DNA of 30,242 bases. Source: a virus (taxonomy: Duplodnaviria; Caudoviricetes). Below, piece by piece: positions 26,797 through 30,242 of the stretch. The notes beneath the pieces are model-generated. The model was given only the letters and a program-made list of their open reading frames with translations. It was not told the origin of the DNA and ran no database searches. How positions within the stretch are numbered: position 1 is the stretch's first letter; each line of letters begins with the position of its first letter. A program made the position numbers and the translations under genes. The stretch covers positions 1 through 30,242 of IMG/VR virus record IMGVR_UViG_3300036453_000035; one strand, written 5' to 3'.

Positions 26797-27670
26797 TTTC
26801 TTGAGGGTTTAAGTTTGAAATAATTTGTTCGTCATATACCAATTGTGCTAAAACATTATCGAGTTCTTCTTTCCTAGCTACTACAACTGGGTATAGTTCC
26901 GTGCTTAGATTTGGATGCTTGGCATAGACTTGTTTTAAAGCATCAGGGGTTTCACAAGCATTGATTTCTACTTTTATTTTCTCAATAGAAACTCCTTGGT
27001 TGCACCATTCTATTAGTTTTTTACCTGTCGATGAATTGATTATAAATTCAGGTTTTCCCATAAATAAACCTGTACGATCCTTGCTTGCGGAAACTAGGTG
27101 GTTGTCATTTAATAGTTCAAAGTGAGTTGTCAATTCATAAAGGAAACCTTCACGCGTAATTTCCTTTACACCCAATTTCACTACTTTTGTCTTACCAGTA
27201 CTATCCTTATCGAGACTGTAATCAACCTTGCTTCGCGTAGTTGTGATAACGTGGCATTTAGATTGAATGATAGCGTCTATAAAAGAATTGTGCCTTGGGG
27301 ATACGCGACTCCAATCTTGGAATCTCCCTCCTAATTGTTCGTGAATCTCTAAACAACCTCCTTTTCCTTGCCACTCGTGACTTATTGAATCGATAATGAT
27401 AATTTCTATGTCTGATTCCTCACATAGCTTAATTGCTTTGATATAGCGTTCTGGATTGAATGGTTCTTCAAGTGATAAAACGTTAAAATCTCCTAAATGG
27501 GAATAAAGACTTGCAGATTTGTTTTCAGTATCAATTACTGCAATTTTGTTCCAATCGTTTGTAATTCCATACGCTAATAATAATGCACTATACGATTTGC
27601 CAAAACCACTTGGACCAGATAGTCCAATTCTTAACTTGACCTGATGGCGTTCTGCTTTTTGTAATTTCAT
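26777..27670 (-). CDS. AAA_24 ATPase (Sak4-like phage recombinase)
   Basis: GPSGFGKS Walker A, IDTENKSA, IIDSISHEW, ASKDRTGLF. Confidence 0.82.
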   Translation of the reverse strand: MKLQKAERHQVKLRIGLSGPSGFGKSYSALLLAYGITNDWNKIAVIDTENKSASLYSHLGDFNVLSLEEPFNPERYIKAIKLCEESDIEIIIIDSISHEWQGKGGCLEIHEQLGGRFQDWSRVSPRHNSFIDAIIQSKCHVITTTRSKVDYSLDKDSTGKTKVVKLGVKEITREGFLYELTTHFELLNDNHLVSASKDRTGLFMGKPEFIINSSTGKKLIEWCNQGVSIEKIKVEINACETPDALKQVYAKHPNLSTELYPVVVARKEELDNVLAQLVYDEQIISNLNPQENEFSTK

Positions 27671-27717
27671 AATTTAAGTTTTAAATTGATTTTGAATAAT
27701 CTTGAAAATGTCAAAAC

Positions 27718-27745
27718 AAAAAAAGCCTCCGTGTTAGGGAGGCTT
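27718..27745 (-). terminator. Intrinsic terminator between the 114-aa gene and the AAA ATPase gene
   Basis: aagcctcc-N7-ggaggctt with a U tail on the minus strand. Confidence 0.7.
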
Positions 27746-27768
27746 CTTAGATATGTTTTTCGAATGTT

Positions 27769-28113
27769 TTAGTGGACTAACTCACTGTTTACTACTTGTT
27801 CTTTTAGGATTGCATCTACTCCTGTTACGTACTCGAACCTATGATTAATTGTGACAATTTCTCCTGTTTCTTTGATGGTGTACTTATAGGGCTCGCTTGG
27901 AACTTTAATAATAGTTCCTTCAAATTGTGATCCGATTAAACTTTTACACGTTACTTCATCAAATGTTGCTGGAACTTTAACTGTTCTGGCAGTAAAATAC
28001 ATTTTACCTGTTGCCTGACTTTTAACGGGTTCGATACCTCCTTGCAATACTAACATTAAGAATTCTTCTCCGTTTTCTTTTTCTACTAATTGATAACCGA
28101 TTACACTAACCAT
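27769..28113 (-). CDS. Hypothetical protein, possibly OB-fold/ssDNA-binding
   Basis: Beta-rich 114-aa protein (LQGGIEPVKSQATGKMYFTA...TFDE...EPYKYT..ETGE); position before Sak4; fold is inferred. Confidence 0.7.
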   Translation of the reverse strand: MVSVIGYQLVEKENGEEFLMLVLQGGIEPVKSQATGKMYFTARTVKVPATFDEVTCKSLIGSQFEGTIIKVPSEPYKYTIKETGEIVTINHRFEYVTGVDAILKEQVVNSELVH

Positions 28114-28334
28114 AGTTTTTGTGATTTATAAGATTAAATATTAAATTATGGGGCGATTCCAAAAAGTTGAAATAGTTAGAACGTCAATTAACTCTTTCAA
28201 CCCCTCGGAGTACCTCCCAAAGTTTGAGGAGAGTCCGGGAGTGAGGTTGGGTACTTCAGCACATTCAATTTTTTTAAAAAAAATAAATTTTTTTTAAAAA
28301 AATTCAAGATTCTTTATTCTGAATATTGTCCAAT

Positions 28335-28367
28335 AAATAAGGGCTTCCGTAATGGTAGCCCTTATTT
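28335..28367. terminator. Hairpin/terminator after the 100-aa gene
   Basis: aaataagggct-N11-agcccttattt. Confidence 0.65.
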
Positions 28368-28373
28368 TGGAAT

Positions 28374-28676
28374 TTAAAAACTATCAATAAATGTGGAAGT
28401 AGGGTTAGGCCAATTTTCATTAATGACGTCAAAAACTGTTTTGACCCAATTTTCATTTTTTGCAGCATTTTCGCCTACGTATCCATTTCCCATGATATTC
28501 GTTTCTAACCTAAACTTCAATCCTTCTATTTCCTGATTTCCCACAATTGTAGATAAAAATAGATAGCCATCTTCAGTTATACGAAATTGTGTGTTTACAC
28601 TATCATCTTCTGATTTAATAAGTTTTTTTAGACTTTCAATTGTGAAACTCTCAGGGTTATTTAAATTAATTCTCAT
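28374..28676 (-). CDS. Hypothetical protein, 100 aa
   Basis: Stand-alone ORF with its own terminator next to the integrase. Confidence 0.75.
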   Translation of the reverse strand: MRINLNNPESFTIESLKKLIKSEDDSVNTQFRITEDGYLFLSTIVGNQEIEGLKFRLETNIMGNGYVGENAAKNENWVKTVFDVINENWPNPTSTFIDSF

Positions 28677-28772
28677 GATTTTTATATAATTATTTTGATA
28701 TTGTAAATATATGCAATGATTTCTATTCTACTATATTTTCTACTGATTAGGAATTTAAAAATGAGTGAAATA

Positions 28773-29981
28773 TTATTTTTTTAACTTTTTTGCCAGCCTG
28801 ATCATTGCTTGACTAACGTTCTTCTTAACGATTTTTCCATAACTTTCCTGTGTAATCACCATGTTGGAATGACCAAGAAGTTCTGACACAATCTCCATCG
28901 GAACATCATTGTAAAGTAAGACAGTAGAGGCAAATGTTTTCCTAGCAATATGGTGTGTCAATCTTTTTTCAATTCCAGTTATAGCTGAAATTTCCTTGAG
29001 ATAAGAATTGAATTTCTGATTGCTTATTGGAGGGAAGATGCGGTTAGTATCTTTTGAGTATTTCTCAATAATTTCTTGAGCTTTTGGCAGAATTGGAATT
29101 GAGATTTGACGCTGTGTTTTCTCTCTCTTCATCTGAATCCAGTTAATGTTATCAAACCCTATTTGGATGTTCTGTTTCTCAAGATTTGCCATTTCATTAT
29201 ACGCTAATCCTGTGTAGCAGCAGAAAATGAATAAGTCTTGAATGGTGCTTAATCTTTTTTGTTGTAATACAGCTTCTTCAAGGGTTTTGAGTTCTTCTGT
29301 AGTAAGGAATATAACGGTTTTACGGACTGTTTTGAACTTGTGAAGTATAAACGGGTCTCTGTCCAAATACCCTTCCGAAATGGCTTGTTTTATTGGGGTT
29401 CTAAGTCTTTGAATGGTTTTGTTGATAGTAATTTGTTCTTGTCTCTTCTCGGTCTTTAAATAGTAATCAAAATCATTTAGGAACTGTAAACTCAATTCTT
29501 CTAGTGGATGATCTGTTTTCTTGTATTTCCATTTTAGGAATGCTTCTAGATGATTTCCGACGTAAACAAACTTGTTATACGTATTCTCTTTAATTTCTGA
29601 TCCTACTAGTTTTTTAATTTTGGAGAGATACTGTTTGTAATAGGAGAGGACAAATTCCTTCTTTTTGATTTCTACACCAATATATTTATTATAGATGTTA
29701 TCAAGAGTACAATCTGCGCCTTGTAGTTGAAAAACTAATGCGATGTTGTTTATCTTGATTTGAATTTGCTCTATTTGTGCATTAATAAATTTGTAGTTGG
29801 GATCTTGAGTGTTGACTTTTTGAAGTTTATTCTCCCAGTAGTTTGGGTTTACAAAAAGTCCTGTAGTGAATTGTTTGCGTTCTTTTTTGAGAGTGATTCT
29901 ACAATTAAGAGGGCATAATCCTTTTTGATTAGTCTTGTTTGCGCTAATTACAAACAGAATTGTGATTTTTTCTTGGTGCAT
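28773..29981 (-). CDS. Tyrosine integrase (Bacteroidota arm-binding/SAM/catalytic type)
   Basis: N-terminal CPLNCRIT..KERKQFTTG; YTGLAY, KREKT, HIARKTF, LLGH, TQESY; likely start at ATG 29981. Confidence 0.95.
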   Translation of the reverse strand: MHQEKITILFVISANKTNQKGLCPLNCRITLKKERKQFTTGLFVNPNYWENKLQKVNTQDPNYKFINAQIEQIQIKINNIALVFQLQGADCTLDNIYNKYIGVEIKKKEFVLSYYKQYLSKIKKLVGSEIKENTYNKFVYVGNHLEAFLKWKYKKTDHPLEELSLQFLNDFDYYLKTEKRQEQITINKTIQRLRTPIKQAISEGYLDRDPFILHKFKTVRKTVIFLTTEELKTLEEAVLQQKRLSTIQDLFIFCCYTGLAYNEMANLEKQNIQIGFDNINWIQMKREKTQRQISIPILPKAQEIIEKYSKDTNRIFPPISNQKFNSYLKEISAITGIEKRLTHHIARKTFASTVLLYNDVPMEIVSELLGHSNMVITQESYGKIVKKNVSQAMIRLAKKLKK

Positions 29982-30034
29982 GTTTCCAATTGATTTTGAG
30001 TTAAACAATTGGCATAACAATTCGGAATTTTAAA

Positions 30035-30076
30035 ATGGGTACCTCGAGATTTTAGATGGGTACCGCAATGGGTACC
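30035..30076. repeat. Three direct repeats atgggtacc; candidate integrase arm-binding sites
   Basis: Copies at 30035-30043, 30056-30064 and 30068-30076, between the integrase start and att. Confidence 0.7.
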
Positions 30077-30164
30077 TTTTTTTATCAAAAAACCTGTCAA
30101 AGTTGTCAAATGACAAAATTTCCCTTTTTCAATAAAACATCAAGAAGTCCCGCTTTCACTAGCG

Positions 30165-30210
30165 CTTTAAAACAAAAAAGACCTTACATCACTGTAAAGT
30201 CTTTTTAAAA
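30165..30210 (-). terminator. tRNA-downstream terminator hairpin (element-borne copy)
   Basis: aaaaagaccttaca-N4-tgtaaagtcttttt. Confidence 0.75.
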
Positions 30211-30212
30211 AG

Positions 30213-30242
30213 CTCCCTCTCTTGGGCTCGAACCAAGGACCC
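30213..30242 (-). tRNA. 3' part of a tRNA gene, probably tRNA-Asn (continues beyond the window)
   Basis: Minus strand GGGTC-CTTGG-TTCGAGC-CCAAG-AGAGGGA-G: T-arm, acceptor strand, discriminator G. The anticodon is outside the window, so the isotype is from recalled similarity. Confidence 0.8.

Larger units (their letters stand above)
6009..30239. mobile_element. Element B: ~24-kb tyrosine-integrase genomic island (defence island with a satellite-like core)
   Basis: 29-bp direct repeats of the tRNA 3' end at both ends; integrase adjacent to the tRNA; replication/recombination genes and defence cargo. Confidence 0.92.

Noticed and set aside
2346-27334. Short overlapping ORFs in the track (e.g. 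3355-3603, 5421-5621, 7532-7825, 9139-9333, 12860-13312, 19046-19255, 23910-24107, 27122-27334)
   Set aside because: They lie antisense to or out of frame within well-supported genes and show no motifs; treated as shadow ORFs
29190-29220. Tyrosine integrase inactive because TGLR is TGLA
   Set aside because: Loss of this Arg is common in Bacteroidota integrases (IntDOT-like); the other catalytic residues are present

Overview
AT-rich Bacteroidota (Flavobacterium-like) chromosomal window. Almost all of it is a tandem pair of integrated elements stacked at the 3' end of a minus-strand tRNA gene (probably tRNA-Asn) at the right edge. Element A (~779-6015, 5.2 kb) carries a large serine recombinase whose coding sequence is split by its own att site, an HUH/rolling-circle Rep-like gene, a nonsense-inactivated resolvase and an SBD-HNH restriction cargo gene. 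Element B (~6009-30239, 24 kb) carries a tyrosine integrase and a satellite-like core (OB/SSB-like, Sak4-like ATPase, DUF3871, VapE helicase, GIY-YIG). It also carries two convergent defence operons: (i) a 1085-aa protein + a 1969-aa DUF1998 DExH helicase (Druantia III-like) + a RecB-type Fe-S nuclease, and (ii) XRE + 5mC methyltransferase + Pol-beta-like nucleotidyltransferase + DUF262 fusion + SRA-HNH. All family assignments come from visual motif recognition; no searches were run.
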